From an uncultured Candidatus Saccharibacteria bacterium (GTDB taxonomy: Bacteria; Patescibacteriota; Saccharimonadia; Saccharimonadales; JAGQNJ01), in assembly GCA_964491925.1 (NCBI GenBank), contig CAZBGZ010000003.1:22234-86233 (forward strand): a stretch of 64,000 nucleotides of DNA, in the 5' to 3' direction. The notes beneath the pieces were generated by a model. That model did not search any database. It worked only from the letters and a program-made list of their open reading frames with translations, and was not told the origin of the DNA. A program made the translations under genes and the position numbers. This document shows, one piece after another, positions 1 to 10,582 of the stretch (position 1 is the first letter of the stretch; each line of letters opens with the position of its first letter).

Positions 1-228
1 AAACCAGTTATTGCAGTAACATCGGACCAGATTATAGCCAACCAGCTAGCTTTAGTGTTTGGGGTTAAAAGCTATTGCCGTCCAGTCGACAAGTTTGCAG
101 CCACAAAACTAACCAATTGGCTGTTAGAGCACAAAGTGCTAAAAAAAGACGACACCGTCATAACAGCATCAGGACATTACCCAGGGGTAGTTGGTACAAC
201 AGATACAATAAAGGTGAGGGTATTGTGA
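1..228 (+). CDS. pyk: pyruvate kinase, C-terminal fragment (5' end lies outside the window)
   Basis: Frame 1 is open from the window edge to TGA 226-228. The translation KPVIAVTSDQIIANQLALVFGVKSY...GHYPGVVGTTDTIKVRVL resembles the C-terminal domain of pyruvate kinase. The stop overlaps the pgk GTG (GTGA). It is absent from the ORF track because no start codon falls in the window. Confidence 0.6.
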   Translation, partial: KPVIAVTSDQIIANQLALVFGVKSYCRPVDKFAATKLTNWLLEHKVLKKDDTVITASGHYPGVVGTTDTIKVRVL

Positions 229-1514
229 GTTTTCATAAAAAATCAGTCAGAGACATCGACCTAAAAGGCAAAACAGTTCTTCTGCGCAGCGATTTTAACG
301 TGCCCTTAATGCCAGATGGCGAAATTAGGGACGATTACCGCATAAAACAGGAGCTGCCAACCATGGATTTTTTATTAGAGCAAAACTGCAAAATTATTAT
401 TTGCGCACACTTGGGCCGCCCTAACGGCAAACCAGACTCTCAGTATTCAATCAAACCAGTAGCAAAAACTCTGGAAAGACTTCTAAAAACCGGAGTAAAG
501 TTTTCCCCAGATTGCATAGGTGGTGAAGTAGAAAAACAAGTCAAAAATCTGAAAGCAAAAGATATATTATTGCTAGAAAATCTACGTTTTCACCCAGAGG
601 AAGAAGCTAACGATGCCGATTTTGCCAAAAAACTAGCTGGTTTAGCCGATGTTTTCGTCCAGGACGGTTTTGGCAATGCCCACCGCAAGCATGCATCAAT
701 GGATGCGATTACAAAGTTTTTGCCTAGCGTTGCTGGACTATTACTGGAAAAAGAATACTTGGCAATTACCGAAGCCATGGAAAAACCAGATCGTCCATTG
801 ATGGCAATCGTGGGGGGAGCAAAAATTGCCGACAAAATAGAAATATTACGGAAATTTATCGCAAAAGCCGACTTTGTGGCTGTGGGTGGTGCAATGGCCA
901 ATACATTTTTACTTGCAATAGGAATGGAAGTTGGCAAAAGTCTAGTAGATAGGGATGACTTGGAGCTTGCTAGAAAAATAATCGAGGAAGCTAAACAAGA
1001 ATCCAAAAAACGACAATTTACGTTTTATTTACCACAGGACAGTGTGGTTGCAACTTCGCTAGAAAAGACAGCTACAACCAGGATCGTAGACTGGGACGCC
1101 CATGTAATTGCCGCCATAGAAAACTACCCCAGGCAGGCTCCTGGACGAGCAGGTCAAGTCCAAGAGAATGAACGAATTCTCGACCTAGGGCCATTTTCAG
1201 GTGCTTTTATCGCGGGCAGCATGCAGTTTTGCGGTACCGTAATATGGAACGGAGTGATGGGCGTTACGGAAACCCCTGGTCTGCATGGTCCTGTTGGTCC
1301 CTTTGCCCACGGCACTGAGTTAATTCTTGATTCTATGATGGGTCAGTACGGACACAAACCATATAGTTTGATAGGCGGCGGCGATACATCTAGCTATGTA
1401 GAACATCGTGGACTGACAGAATGTTTTGATCATGTTTCGACTGGTGGTGGTGCTTGTCTAGAACTGATGACCGGTAAAAAACTACCCGCAATTGAAGCCT
1501 TGACGGCAAAGTAA
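225..1514 (+). CDS. pgk: phosphoglycerate kinase
   Basis: Part of ORF 75-1514. PGK-like sequence begins at VSFHKKSVRDIDLKGKTVLLRSDFNVPL. GTG 225 is in frame and preceded by GGTGAGGG. The region upstream of 225 belongs to pyk in another frame. Confidence 0.9.
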   Translation: MSFHKKSVRDIDLKGKTVLLRSDFNVPLMPDGEIRDDYRIKQELPTMDFLLEQNCKIIICAHLGRPNGKPDSQYSIKPVAKTLERLLKTGVKFSPDCIGGEVEKQVKNLKAKDILLLENLRFHPEEEANDADFAKKLAGLADVFVQDGFGNAHRKHASMDAITKFLPSVAGLLLEKEYLAITEAMEKPDRPLMAIVGGAKIADKIEILRKFIAKADFVAVGGAMANTFLLAIGMEVGKSLVDRDDLELARKIIEEAKQESKKRQFTFYLPQDSVVATSLEKTATTRIVDWDAHVIAAIENYPRQAPGRAGQVQENERILDLGPFSGAFIAGSMQFCGTVIWNGVMGVTETPGLHGPVGPFAHGTELILDSMMGQYGHKPYSLIGGGDTSSYVEHRGLTECFDHVSTGGGACLELMTGKKLPAIEALTAK

Positions 1515-1559
1515 GGTAGAAATTATAAAAGTCCTATATAATAAACATAAGCAAATATC

Positions 1560-2351
1560 ATGAAACGTTTACTTATTGTCGCAAATTGGAAAATGAACCT
1601 GAATACATCTCAGGCTAGCTTGTTATTGCACAGATTACACGAACGAATAAAGATATATCGAAATATAGAAGTTGTGCTAGCACCAAGTATGCTCGTGTTG
1701 CAGCCACTGAGCTTGCAGATTGATCGCAGAAAGTTTCGACTTGCTGCTCAAAACGCTTATCACAAAGACGAAGGCGCTTTTACCGGTGAAGTGTCATTTA
1801 CACAACTCCGTGACCTGGCACATTACGTCATTATTGGTCATTCTGAGCGTCGCGTTTATTTTGGCGAGAGCCTAGACATGATTCGTGAAAAAGTAACGGC
1901 AGCGGTGCGCAACGAAATTACCCCAATCTTGTGTGTAGGGGAAACAACCGCGCAGTTCAGGGCAAAAGAGTCTAAGCAGGTGTTACATGACCAGTTGGTT
2001 ACTGCACTTCACAACCTTACTGCTCGAGAAGTGAATGACATAGTTTTGGTGTATGAACCACAGTGGACAATAACCAGCTTTAATGGCCGTCCAGCGAAAC
2101 CAGATGAGGTAAAATCAGCGATAGATTACATAAGGTTACAAGTAAGTGGGTTGTACGGAAAAAAAGCTGCCAAGGATATCAGAGTTTTATATGGTGGTAG
2201 CGTTGATGAGAATACAGCCAGGGCGTATATGGATATCGATGGTTGTGATGGCGTCTTGGTTGGTAGTGCCAGCCTGAATTATCACAAGTTTTCAGAAATA
2301 GTTAAAGCCGGTTTTCGTTCACAAGCAACAGAGGAAAATCAAGATGTTTGA
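1560..2351 (+). CDS. tpiA: triosephosphate isomerase
   Basis: 263 aa with ANWKMN, IIGHSERR and the YEPQW(AIGTG-equivalent) region. It follows pgk as in the classical glycolytic operon. Confidence 0.9.
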   Translation: MKRLLIVANWKMNLNTSQASLLLHRLHERIKIYRNIEVVLAPSMLVLQPLSLQIDRRKFRLAAQNAYHKDEGAFTGEVSFTQLRDLAHYVIIGHSERRVYFGESLDMIREKVTAAVRNEITPILCVGETTAQFRAKESKQVLHDQLVTALHNLTAREVNDIVLVYEPQWTITSFNGRPAKPDEVKSAIDYIRLQVSGLYGKKAAKDIRVLYGGSVDENTARAYMDIDGCDGVLVGSASLNYHKFSEIVKAGFRSQATEENQDV

Positions 2352-2892
2352 TGAAGAAAAACCAAAAGATGAAGCCAAGCAGAAAATTATAGTAAATCAC
2401 GAAACGCGCGCCGAAAACCCAAGTGAAAAGCAAACCGATAGTGATGAAAGTGCAGAAATCATACTACCACAAACTACAAAAGAACTCGGTGATGAATCCA
2501 GCGCCAACAAAACAGTAATAGAGCCAGATAAAACCCCGGATGAAGTAGACTCAAAAGAACTAGACGAAGATGAAGTTCAGCCAAAAGAAGTCAAAAATTC
2601 CGAAGAAGTCGATGATAAACCAGATGATCATAGCGAAAAAAGTGCAACTCACGAGGGAAGTGACAATATTGTCAATGAGCTAGCAGAGGCAGCCGCAAGC
2701 AAAAAGCAAGAAAAAACCGATAATGATCACGAGCAGGCGTATATTCAGAGCTTAGAAAAACTAGTAGAAGAAAAAACCTACAACGTCCCTATTGGCCAAC
2801 TAACCCACAAACGCAACACAAGAATTATCGTTGCAGTATTCATTGTCATCACGGTTATGGTTGCAGTAACTATAATGTCCTTTGTCTTGTAG
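2344..2892 (+). CDS. hypothetical acidic protein with C-terminal transmembrane anchor
   Basis: 182 aa, very D/E/K-rich and low complexity. It ends in the hydrophobic helix IIVAVFIVITVMVAVTIMSFVL. The start overlaps the tpiA stop by 8 nt. Confidence 0.55.
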   Translation: MFDEEKPKDEAKQKIIVNHETRAENPSEKQTDSDESAEIILPQTTKELGDESSANKTVIEPDKTPDEVDSKELDEDEVQPKEVKNSEEVDDKPDDHSEKSATHEGSDNIVNELAEAAASKKQEKTDNDHEQAYIQSLEKLVEEKTYNVPIGQLTHKRNTRIIVAVFIVITVMVAVTIMSFVL

Positions 2893-2955
2893 GCTTTATC
2901 AGCGTTATCTGTAAAATTACGAAAGAATCTAACATAAATGCATTGTTTCTAGAGC

Positions 2956-2964
2956 TGTTATAAT
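2956..2964 (+). promoter_or_regulatory. extended -10 promoter (TGtTATAAT) of pcrA
   Basis: TGTTATAAT lies 6 nt upstream of GTG 2971, with no Shine-Dalgarno sequence between them. Confidence 0.45.
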
Positions 2965-2970
2965 TGATTA

Positions 2971-5127
2971 GTGAACGACCTATTTGTTGGACTGAATGAC
3001 GAGCAAGCACGAGCGGTAAAAACTGTTGAAGGCCCATTGCTGATTTTGGCCGGGGCAGGTAGTGGAAAAACAAAAACCCTGACCCATCGTATCGCTCATA
3101 TTATAGATAGCAAACTGGCGACCCCATACAATATTTTGGCTGTAACCTTCACGAACAAGGCCGCGGGCGAAATGCGCCAACGCGTAGCTGAACTACTAGG
3201 CTTCGATTCTAATAATCGAAATTTTATGCCGTATATGGGGACCTTCCACAGTATCTGTGTGCGTTTGCTGCGCCAAGACGGTGACTTCGCCGAGATACCC
3301 AAGAACTTTGTTATTTTTGACGAACTAGACCGAACAAGTGTTATAAAGAAAATCAGCAAACAACTATCAATAGACGAAAAAGCTTTCCCGGCCAGATCTC
3401 TTGGGGGACTTATTAGTAGTGCAAAAAACGAACTGATAACCCCTAGCGCCTACGCTTCTATGGCTAACAGCCCGGCTCAGACTCACGCATCTAGAGTATT
3501 CCCACTTTATGAAAAAGCATTAAAAGATGCTGGCGCACTAGACTTTGATGATCTGATTGCAAAAGCTGTAAAGATGTTAGAGAAAAACCAAGAACTGCGA
3601 AAAAAATGGCAACAGCAATTTTCATACGTCATGATTGACGAGTACCAGGATACTAACGCTGCTCAGTACAAACTGATAAAATTACTAACCAACGAAAAAA
3701 ATAACATTGCAGTAGTCGGCGACGACTGGCAAAGCATATATTCTTGGCGTGGAGCAGATTTTCGGAATATTCTAAATTTTGAAAAAGATTATCCTGGAGT
3801 GACGGTTATCAAACTAGAACAAAACTATCGCAGCACCAAGTCAATTTTGGATGCCGCGCATACCGTAATTACAAAAAACCAACAACGCTCGGATAAAAAG
3901 CTCTGGACTGCAGCAGGGGAAGGTATGCCGGTTCAGGTTTTGCAGGCCAGTAGCGAGAGGTCTGAAGCTGAATCAATTGTGCGTAGAATAAGGAATACAG
4001 TGGACGCCAAGATCAGTGAGTATAAAGACTTCGCTGTTTTGTATCGTACCAACGCCCAAAGCCGATCGATTGAAGAAGTTTTTATTCATTATTCAATACC
4101 TTATCGCATAGTTGGTGGAGTCCGGTTCTACGATCGCAAAGAGATAAAAGACATCATGGCGTATTTGCGTCTAATGTATCAACCCCAGGATCTGAGTAGT
4201 TTTGATAGGATTGTTAATGTTCCATCCAGAGGCATAGGTGCAAAATCGTTACTAACATTTAACGATTGGCGAGAAGCATCGGGCATGACACTACAGGGTG
4301 CCATGCAACAAATCAATGACTGTACAGGCCTGACGCCGAAAGCAAAGTCAGCATTCTCGTCACTTGGTGATATGCTTGAATCCCTAAGAATCGTTATGTC
4401 TGACGAGAATGTTAGCAATGTTATAAACTCGGTTGTTAATCGTTTGGATTATCTTAACTACCTAGATGATGGGACCCCACAAGGAGAATCACGACAAGAA
4501 AACGTACGCGAACTGCTCAGCATGGCATTGCATTATCAAGATTTGGGCATGGACGGATTTTTAGAGGAAGTAGCACTGCTTAGCGATGTCGAAACAGGCA
4601 AACAGACCGGAGACAGTGTTACATTGATGACGCTTCACGGCGCAAAAGGACTAGAATTTCCAGTGGTATTTATGGTGGGTATGGAGGAAACTATCTTTCC
4701 TCATTCTCGTGCTTTATATGATAGTCAAGAAATGGAAGAGGAGCGCCGGCTATGTTATGTCGGCATGACCAGAGCCCGAGAAGAGCTATACATGCTATAC
4801 GCTACTGGCAGAATGTTGTACGGGGCCCCACAGCACAACCCACCCAGTCGCTTCATTAGTGATATTGCAGGGGACTTGATGCGCGAACAAAGCGCAGGAT
4901 TATCTTATGATTACAATAACCAGCCAGCCAGACCGCCACAACCAAAGATGGATTCGACTGCCCCTCGCTATGTACCGGATTTAGAGGAAGGCGATGGCGT
5001 AAAGCACCAATTGTTTGGAGTCGGCACGATAGTTGAGATGAACGGGGATATAGCTACTATCTACTTCAAAGGCAAAGGAACCAAGCAGCTAGATATCAGC
5101 ATTGCGCCACTGGAGAAGCTGGAATGA
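2971..5127 (+). CDS. pcrA: ATP-dependent DNA helicase PcrA/UvrD (SF1)
   Basis: 718 aa with Walker A AGAGSGKT, DEYQDT, QNYRST, VLYRTNAQSR and TLHGAKGLEFPVVF motifs. Confidence 0.9.
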   Translation: MNDLFVGLNDEQARAVKTVEGPLLILAGAGSGKTKTLTHRIAHIIDSKLATPYNILAVTFTNKAAGEMRQRVAELLGFDSNNRNFMPYMGTFHSICVRLLRQDGDFAEIPKNFVIFDELDRTSVIKKISKQLSIDEKAFPARSLGGLISSAKNELITPSAYASMANSPAQTHASRVFPLYEKALKDAGALDFDDLIAKAVKMLEKNQELRKKWQQQFSYVMIDEYQDTNAAQYKLIKLLTNEKNNIAVVGDDWQSIYSWRGADFRNILNFEKDYPGVTVIKLEQNYRSTKSILDAAHTVITKNQQRSDKKLWTAAGEGMPVQVLQASSERSEAESIVRRIRNTVDAKISEYKDFAVLYRTNAQSRSIEEVFIHYSIPYRIVGGVRFYDRKEIKDIMAYLRLMYQPQDLSSFDRIVNVPSRGIGAKSLLTFNDWREASGMTLQGAMQQINDCTGLTPKAKSAFSSLGDMLESLRIVMSDENVSNVINSVVNRLDYLNYLDDGTPQGESRQENVRELLSMALHYQDLGMDGFLEEVALLSDVETGKQTGDSVTLMTLHGAKGLEFPVVFMVGMEETIFPHSRALYDSQEMEEERRLCYVGMTRAREELYMLYATGRMLYGAPQHNPPSRFISDIAGDLMREQSAGLSYDYNNQPARPPQPKMDSTAPRYVPDLEEGDGVKHQLFGVGTIVEMNGDIATIYFKGKGTKQLDISIAPLEKLE

Positions 5128-5152
5128 TCGAAAAGGTAAAAGAAAAGATCGA

Positions 5153-5608
5153 ATGAGAAAACTTTGGATATTTTTAGGACGAATCGCTGGGTACATGTCT
5201 TGGCCGCTAGTTTGGATTGTTATCAGGCAAACAACCAGAACTCGTATATTGTTAAACTCTGGCGATAAAATTTTGGTCACAAAAGGTTGGCTGAGTACTG
5301 GCAAATGGTCATTGCCTGGTGGTGGAATGCATCGGAGAGAAAAGCCAGCAGATGCAGTTCTCAGGGAACTCCGAGAGGAAACAAATATAGAACTGAAAGA
5401 AACCCAGCTCAAATACCTGGGGACAAAAAAACAAACTAAAGGATTGCCCATTAGCTACCACCTTTTTTCGGCCTCTGTGTCAGAAGAATTAGCCTTCAAA
5501 AGACAGAGATTTGAAATTGCGGATATACAGTGGTTGAATCGACGAGAATTATTAAGTAAATCTGTAGAGCAACACGTGCGCGAAGCATCCCAAGCGATGG
5601 AATCATAA
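5153..5608 (+). CDS. NUDIX hydrolase
   Basis: Nudix box GKWSLPGGGMHRREKPADAVLRELREETNI. ATG 5153 is chosen because the ORF-track start at 5102 overlaps the pcrA 3' end. Confidence 0.75.
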   Translation: MRKLWIFLGRIAGYMSWPLVWIVIRQTTRTRILLNSGDKILVTKGWLSTGKWSLPGGGMHRREKPADAVLRELREETNIELKETQLKYLGTKKQTKGLPISYHLFSASVSEELAFKRQRFEIADIQWLNRRELLSKSVEQHVREASQAMES

Positions 5609-5696
5609 GCGGTGATTTGCTACACTGATAACGGCTCTATAGGGAGTAGCTTTTCTTTATGTTACAAAAACTCTCAATATATGAGCCGTCTAAAAT

Positions 5697-6899
5697 ATGA
5701 GTAAAAACAACAATTCGAGCCGTCATAAACTGCTGAGACTAAAAAGCCATCCTTTTGTTGTTCCTGTAATAACTTTGGTGCTACTTTTTTTCGTTACGAT
5801 TGTGGCATTCGTTGGTTTTAATGCTACGACTATTGGTCCCGGAGATTCCAGAGTTGTTCAGCTTTTTGTTGATGGTGAATCGCAAACCCTGCCAACTAGA
5901 GCAAAAACAGTCGGGGATTTGCTAAAAAGACTCGACATTAAGATAAACGAGGGTGACGTTGTTGAACCTAAAGCCAATGCTCAAATTTTAGAAGATAATT
6001 TTACGGTTAATGTATATAGGGCCAGACCAGTCACGATAATAGATGGCAAGAAAAAAATAACAACTCTTTCGGCTTCGCAATCGTCTGAGGGCGTTGCCCG
6101 AAGTGTGGGTATAAAATTATTCCCAGAAGATATAGTAAAGGTTTCTACGCCCGATAATTTGATAGAAGAGGGAGTGGTGGCGGAAAAGTTTGTAATCGAC
6201 CGCTCCGTTCCAGTCAAACTGGTGCTATTTGGAAAATCATATGATGTTAGGACGCATGCGAAAACTGTTGGTGACCTTATTGTAGAGAAACAACTTAATC
6301 CGAACGAAATTACGGTATTCCCAGCCACAAATAAAAAATTAAGGCAGAACGACGTCGTTTTTGTGACTTCGCCTGGCAGGGACATAGTAATTAAAGAAGA
6401 GTCCATACCAAATAGAGAAGAAACAATCGAAGATCCAGATATGCCGCTAGGTGAATCGAAAATAAAAGAAGCCGGAAAACCTGGTAAAAAAGTCGTAATT
6501 TACGAAATTGATAAAAAGACAAAGAAGAAAAAAGCTTTACAAACAGTTATTGCGGCAAAACCGGTAAACAAAATAATTGCTAAAGGTTCAAAAATCGAGG
6601 CAGTAAAGTTAACTGGTAGTAAGGCAGATTGGATGCAAGCGGCGGGGATAGATCCTTCGCAGTATCAATATGTTGATTATATTATTGGGCGCGAGTCCGG
6701 ATGGAACCCGGCCAGTGTTAGTGCTAACCGATGCATTGGGCTTGGTCAAAAATGTAACGCCGGCAGTCTAATCGCAGCTTGCCCATCATGGCAAACTGAT
6801 CCAGTATGTCAGCTTAATCATTTCAGCGGTTACGCCAACGGGCGTTACGGGAGTTGGCAGGGGGCTTGGCAGTTCTGGAGCGTCAACCACTGGTGGTAA
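5697..6899 (+). CDS. DUF348/G5 domain cell-wall-associated protein (YabE-like) with C-terminal Cys/Trp-rich muramidase-like module
   Basis: 400 aa with an N-terminal TM helix. It has repeated AKTVGDLL...L modules typical of DUF348 and a G5-like segment (IKEAGKPGKKVVIYE). The C-terminus is YIIGRESGWNPASVSANRCIGLGQ. Confidence 0.7.
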   Translation: MSKNNNSSRHKLLRLKSHPFVVPVITLVLLFFVTIVAFVGFNATTIGPGDSRVVQLFVDGESQTLPTRAKTVGDLLKRLDIKINEGDVVEPKANAQILEDNFTVNVYRARPVTIIDGKKKITTLSASQSSEGVARSVGIKLFPEDIVKVSTPDNLIEEGVVAEKFVIDRSVPVKLVLFGKSYDVRTHAKTVGDLIVEKQLNPNEITVFPATNKKLRQNDVVFVTSPGRDIVIKEESIPNREETIEDPDMPLGESKIKEAGKPGKKVVIYEIDKKTKKKKALQTVIAAKPVNKIIAKGSKIEAVKLTGSKADWMQAAGIDPSQYQYVDYIIGRESGWNPASVSANRCIGLGQKCNAGSLIAACPSWQTDPVCQLNHFSGYANGRYGSWQGAWQFWSVNHWW

Positions 6900-7031
6900 G
6901 CGCGGCATATGCACCCGAATCATTTCATAATTATCTATCTTGTATGCATTCAATCTAGTGATATTGAATCTCTTTAGCTTGCTTTGAGAAGATAAAATAA
7001 GTACTGAGTAATATATTATTAGGAGATTGTT

Positions 7032-7541
7032 ATGTCGCGTAGTTATTTAGTTCCGGGTTCTAATGAGGTGGCTGCCGATGTTATGGTTGCGGTGGTTATT
7101 GGCCCAGGGCAGTATTTAATGAGTGATCTAGCTACCAAATTTGGCATTCTACACTCAACAGTAAGTCGTGAAACAAAGCGATTGGCAGGCGAGGGGTGGA
7201 TCGGGAACTCAGATAGGCAAACCCAGGATCTAGCGTATAAACCACTAGTTCCACTTCCAGGTTTTTGGAGGGCATACAATCAGGCAGTGAATGCCGCCCA
7301 CAATGTCGGACCACAACTAGTGTCTGTTTTTGAGGATTCTATTGATGAACGATATGAAATGGAGCAGTTAGAACCGTCAACTTATGATTTTTACAGAGCA
7401 CAAGCGATATATTTAGGGGGTGCAGCAGTTTTGGGTGAGGAATTTGATCTAAACGTTAACACATCAGGTAATTGGTTCGCAGGGGTTCCTGGATGGCGCG
7501 CTCTAATTGATATCCAAGTTTCGCAGATTCCTGCTTCATAA
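7032..7541 (+). CDS. hypothetical protein, possible winged-helix DNA-binding N-terminus
   Basis: 169 aa with an AGGAG SD at 7021-7025. The segment LMSDLATKFGILHSTVSRETKRLAGEGWI looks like an HTH. Confidence 0.5.
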   Translation: MSRSYLVPGSNEVAADVMVAVVIGPGQYLMSDLATKFGILHSTVSRETKRLAGEGWIGNSDRQTQDLAYKPLVPLPGFWRAYNQAVNAAHNVGPQLVSVFEDSIDERYEMEQLEPSTYDFYRAQAIYLGGAAVLGEEFDLNVNTSGNWFAGVPGWRALIDIQVSQIPAS

Positions 7542-7565
7542 GAATTTTTGTTAAGCTGTTGATAT

Positions 7566-7631
7566 ATGGGCGAAACTATACCAAAGAAATCACTAGGCCA
7601 ACACTGGCTCCATGATGACATTAATGAATGA
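7566..7631 (+). pseudogene. 21-codon remnant of an rsmA/ksgA N-terminus
   Basis: ATG..TGA translates to MGETIPKKSLGQHWLHDDINE*. The 12 residues KKSLGQHWLHDD are identical to residues 5-16 of the intact RsmA at 15269. The DNA differs at most synonymous positions. Confidence 0.6.
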
Positions 7632-7658
7632 GCTGTTAAAAAAGTAAATATAATCGTC

Positions 7659-8492
7659 TTAGAGTATGATCAAGATTAGTCCAGCGACGATAAGGATCCC
7701 AGTTAAAATTTTTTGCAGTAAAGCTTTCTCCTCAAAGTATCGTTGTCCGAAGACTACTGACCAAAACATCGCAGTCGTTCGTTTTAATACTGTAATTATT
7801 GAAGTAGGAGCGAAGTAAAATGCAAAGCTAATCATTACAGTCTCCATCGCAGAGGCTATTGATTGCAAACCAGTAACGGATTTGACTAAAAGTTTTAAAT
7901 CGATCGGTTTATTCTTTACAATTGAAGCGATAAAAAAGTATACAACTACTATTAAAGTAATAATAAATTGTTCTGCAGCTACACTGTTGAACTTTGTAAT
8001 ATCATACTTGAATAATGATAGAGTGATTGAAGCCATCATCGCACCAACGATTACCACCCAAGCTCCTTTTTTAGATTTTGGATTTCGAAAAAATAACAAT
8101 AATAGACCGCAGAACATAGCCGTAACCCCGATTATTTGGGTCAAACTCAGAGAATTACCCAAAGCAATATCGATACTTAGAACTAAAGGTATGGTTAATA
8201 ATCGTAGATAGGCAAACGTGCTACGCTCTGCTTTGATAATCCCAACAACCATTATATGAGAAAGGATAATTTCGAGTATGACTCGAGGTATAAAAGTCGG
8301 TAATGAGGCAGTGTTAAAAGTAAAATCTGCACCAAATCCAATTGTTATTAAAAAAAATACTGACACCCAAAAGGCGTTTAAAAACCCTAATGAATATATA
8401 TTTTCACGAGCTTTTTGAACTTGCATTTTGCCGATAGATTCAGAAATCTCTCCAAACAGTGAACCCAACAAGATTAATAGTCCTGCAAACAT
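7659..8492 (-). CDS. DMT/EamA-like multi-pass membrane transporter
   Basis: 277 aa, about 10 hydrophobic helices, internally duplicated architecture. The family call is tentative. Confidence 0.6.
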   Translation of the reverse strand: MFAGLLILLGSLFGEISESIGKMQVQKARENIYSLGFLNAFWVSVFFLITIGFGADFTFNTASLPTFIPRVILEIILSHIMVVGIIKAERSTFAYLRLLTIPLVLSIDIALGNSLSLTQIIGVTAMFCGLLLLFFRNPKSKKGAWVVIVGAMMASITLSLFKYDITKFNSVAAEQFIITLIVVVYFFIASIVKNKPIDLKLLVKSVTGLQSIASAMETVMISFAFYFAPTSIITVLKRTTAMFWSVVFGQRYFEEKALLQKILTGILIVAGLILIIL

Positions 8493-8607
8493 ACCCTCAA
8501 TTAAAACATAAAAATAAGGTATTTGTGTTTCAGCTTTTTGTGTATTTATGTTTGATTATTTATACGGGGGGTTATAATAAATCCTAAATAATAAGCGTGA
8601 GGGTTTT

Positions 8608-10503
8608 ATGAAAGTTTATTTTTCTAGGCGGTCGTATATACCATATTTGCTAGCACTACTAGTAGTAGCTTTATGTATGTTCGCCGTATTTCCAACAAAG
8701 GCTTTTGCTGCTACCACATACACCGTTAATTCAATAGGTGATGACCCAGATGCTACTCCTGGTGACTCAGTCTGTGAAACCGCTACACCAGACGAATGCA
8801 CACTACGGGCTGCCATACAAGAAGTAAATGCCGGCAGTGGTGGTGACACCATCAACTTCAACATCTCTGGCACCGGCGTGCATACACTTACTCCAGCCAG
8901 TGCTTACGACACTATTACCCAAAGTGTAACTATAAATGGCTACTCACAACCTGGGTCAGCTGTAAACACAGCTGTAGCCCCAGCACCACTCAATGGTACT
9001 TTGACGATTGAGATTGATGGTACGAATGCGGGGGGTGTAGATGGGTTGGGTATTAACGCTAATAATGTCACAATTCAAGGCCTTGTTGTTAATAGATTTA
9101 ATCAGAATGGTATTGTAAGTTCGTCTGATAGCGATACGGTTATTAGTGGCAATTACATTGGTACCGATACTATGGGAACTTCTGATTTAGGAAATCAAAA
9201 TAATGGGATACGAGTAGAAAGACATGCTACGATTGGTGGTACCGCAGCTGCTTCGAGAAACTTAATTGCAGGCAACAACAACCGTGGAATTTATGGTGCT
9301 AGTGGAACGAATGTCATTCAGGGCAACTACGTTGGCCTTGCAGCTGATGGAATTACCAGGCTCAAAAATAGTGGCAGGGGGGTAGAAGCTACGGGCGGAA
9401 ACAATACTATTGGGGGGACTTATACAGGAGCTATGAATGTTATATCGGGCAATGGCGATACCGGATTGATTATAGGTGATGGCGACGGTGATACTGTAAG
9501 AGGTAACTATATTGGATTAGATTATACCGGCATATCTTTACTTGGGAATGATGGACCCGGTATCTTTCTTATAGGTGGTACAAATTCTATAATCGGTGGC
9601 ACTTCTACAGCTGCTCGGAATTTTATTGCTGGTAATGCGATTGCCCAAGTAGCTGTATATGCAACATCTGGCGCAGTTGTGCAGGGTAATTATATTGGCT
9701 CTGATAAAGATGGAAATAGCGTCAGCAACCCTAATGGCAGTTATGGTGTAGCGGTTTATAATAGCAACGATAACAACTTAATTGGTGGCACGGGCGCTGG
9801 CGAAGGTAATAAAATAGCCTTTAATAAAGCTAATGGAGTTGTGATCGCTAACTTACCCGGCTTTGGCGGCAATGCACCACTTAACACCTCTATAATAGGC
9901 AACGATATCGAACAAAACGCACTAAGCGGCATTCGTTTATGTACTGATGATAATGCCGACTTTGTCTGTGACACCCCCGAGCCTTATTCTAACGATGCCG
10001 GTGACCCAGACGAAGGGCCTAATATGTATATCAACTTCCCAGTAATCAACTCTGCCAACAAAGGTAGTGGCCAAGTAACTGTTAATTACGATTTAGATAT
10101 TAACCCTGCAGAGGTTGGTGCGACCGGCTATAGTGTAGATTTCTATGCGAATAGCACCAATGCTCGTGAAGGCGCCATCTATTTAGGCTCAGACACTGTA
10201 GCCGGTTCAGTTACTGGCCAATCGGCTACTCTTACTCTGCCAGGCTCTGTACCAGCCGACTATTATGTAACAGCTGTAACCACCATGACCGATGCCTCTG
10301 TTGACGGCTTTGGGCACAGCTCAGAGTTCTCAGCCCCAGTACTAGCTGTTGTTGGATCAGCTGGTAGTACTATCTCAACCACAACCGACTCCTTAGCCAA
10401 CACCGGTGATAACACCCATTTGATTGAGGTTATGGCGTCTATGTTCTTAGTTACGGGGTTAGTTGGTAGTGTGTTCTTACTCAACAATGGGAAGATGGTC
10501 TAG
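8608..10503 (+). CDS. secreted parallel beta-helix repeat surface protein with CSLREA-like N-domain and LAxTG sorting signal
   Basis: Signal peptide ending AFA/ATTYTV. CTLRAAIQEVNA motif. Many GNYIG/IxGN beta-helix repeats. C-terminal LANTG followed by a hydrophobic helix. GAGGG SD upstream of the ATG. Confidence 0.75.
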   Translation: MKVYFSRRSYIPYLLALLVVALCMFAVFPTKAFAATTYTVNSIGDDPDATPGDSVCETATPDECTLRAAIQEVNAGSGGDTINFNISGTGVHTLTPASAYDTITQSVTINGYSQPGSAVNTAVAPAPLNGTLTIEIDGTNAGGVDGLGINANNVTIQGLVVNRFNQNGIVSSSDSDTVISGNYIGTDTMGTSDLGNQNNGIRVERHATIGGTAAASRNLIAGNNNRGIYGASGTNVIQGNYVGLAADGITRLKNSGRGVEATGGNNTIGGTYTGAMNVISGNGDTGLIIGDGDGDTVRGNYIGLDYTGISLLGNDGPGIFLIGGTNSIIGGTSTAARNFIAGNAIAQVAVYATSGAVVQGNYIGSDKDGNSVSNPNGSYGVAVYNSNDNNLIGGTGAGEGNKIAFNKANGVVIANLPGFGGNAPLNTSIIGNDIEQNALSGIRLCTDDNADFVCDTPEPYSNDAGDPDEGPNMYINFPVINSANKGSGQVTVNYDLDINPAEVGATGYSVDFYANSTNAREGAIYLGSDTVAGSVTGQSATLTLPGSVPADYYVTAVTTMTDASVDGFGHSSEFSAPVLAVVGSAGSTISTTTDSLANTGDNTHLIEVMASMFLVTGLVGSVFLLNNGKMV

Positions 10504-10582
10504 CCAACAAAGGCTACAACAAGCTATATTTGACAGGGTTGTTTTAAATGATATAATCCAAAATATTAGTTTTTGAACGAAC

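Noticed and set aside
590-1006. 138-aa minus-strand ORF inside pgk. The same applies to the many other antisense ORFs in the track, for example 32692-33366 (224 aa), 26563-27063, 31342-31767, 21632-22069, 5981-6406 and 24588-25013.
   Set aside because: Each lies fully inside a well-supported gene on the opposite strand and has low-complexity S/A/L-rich translations typical of shadow ORFs. None has a promoter or SD signal.
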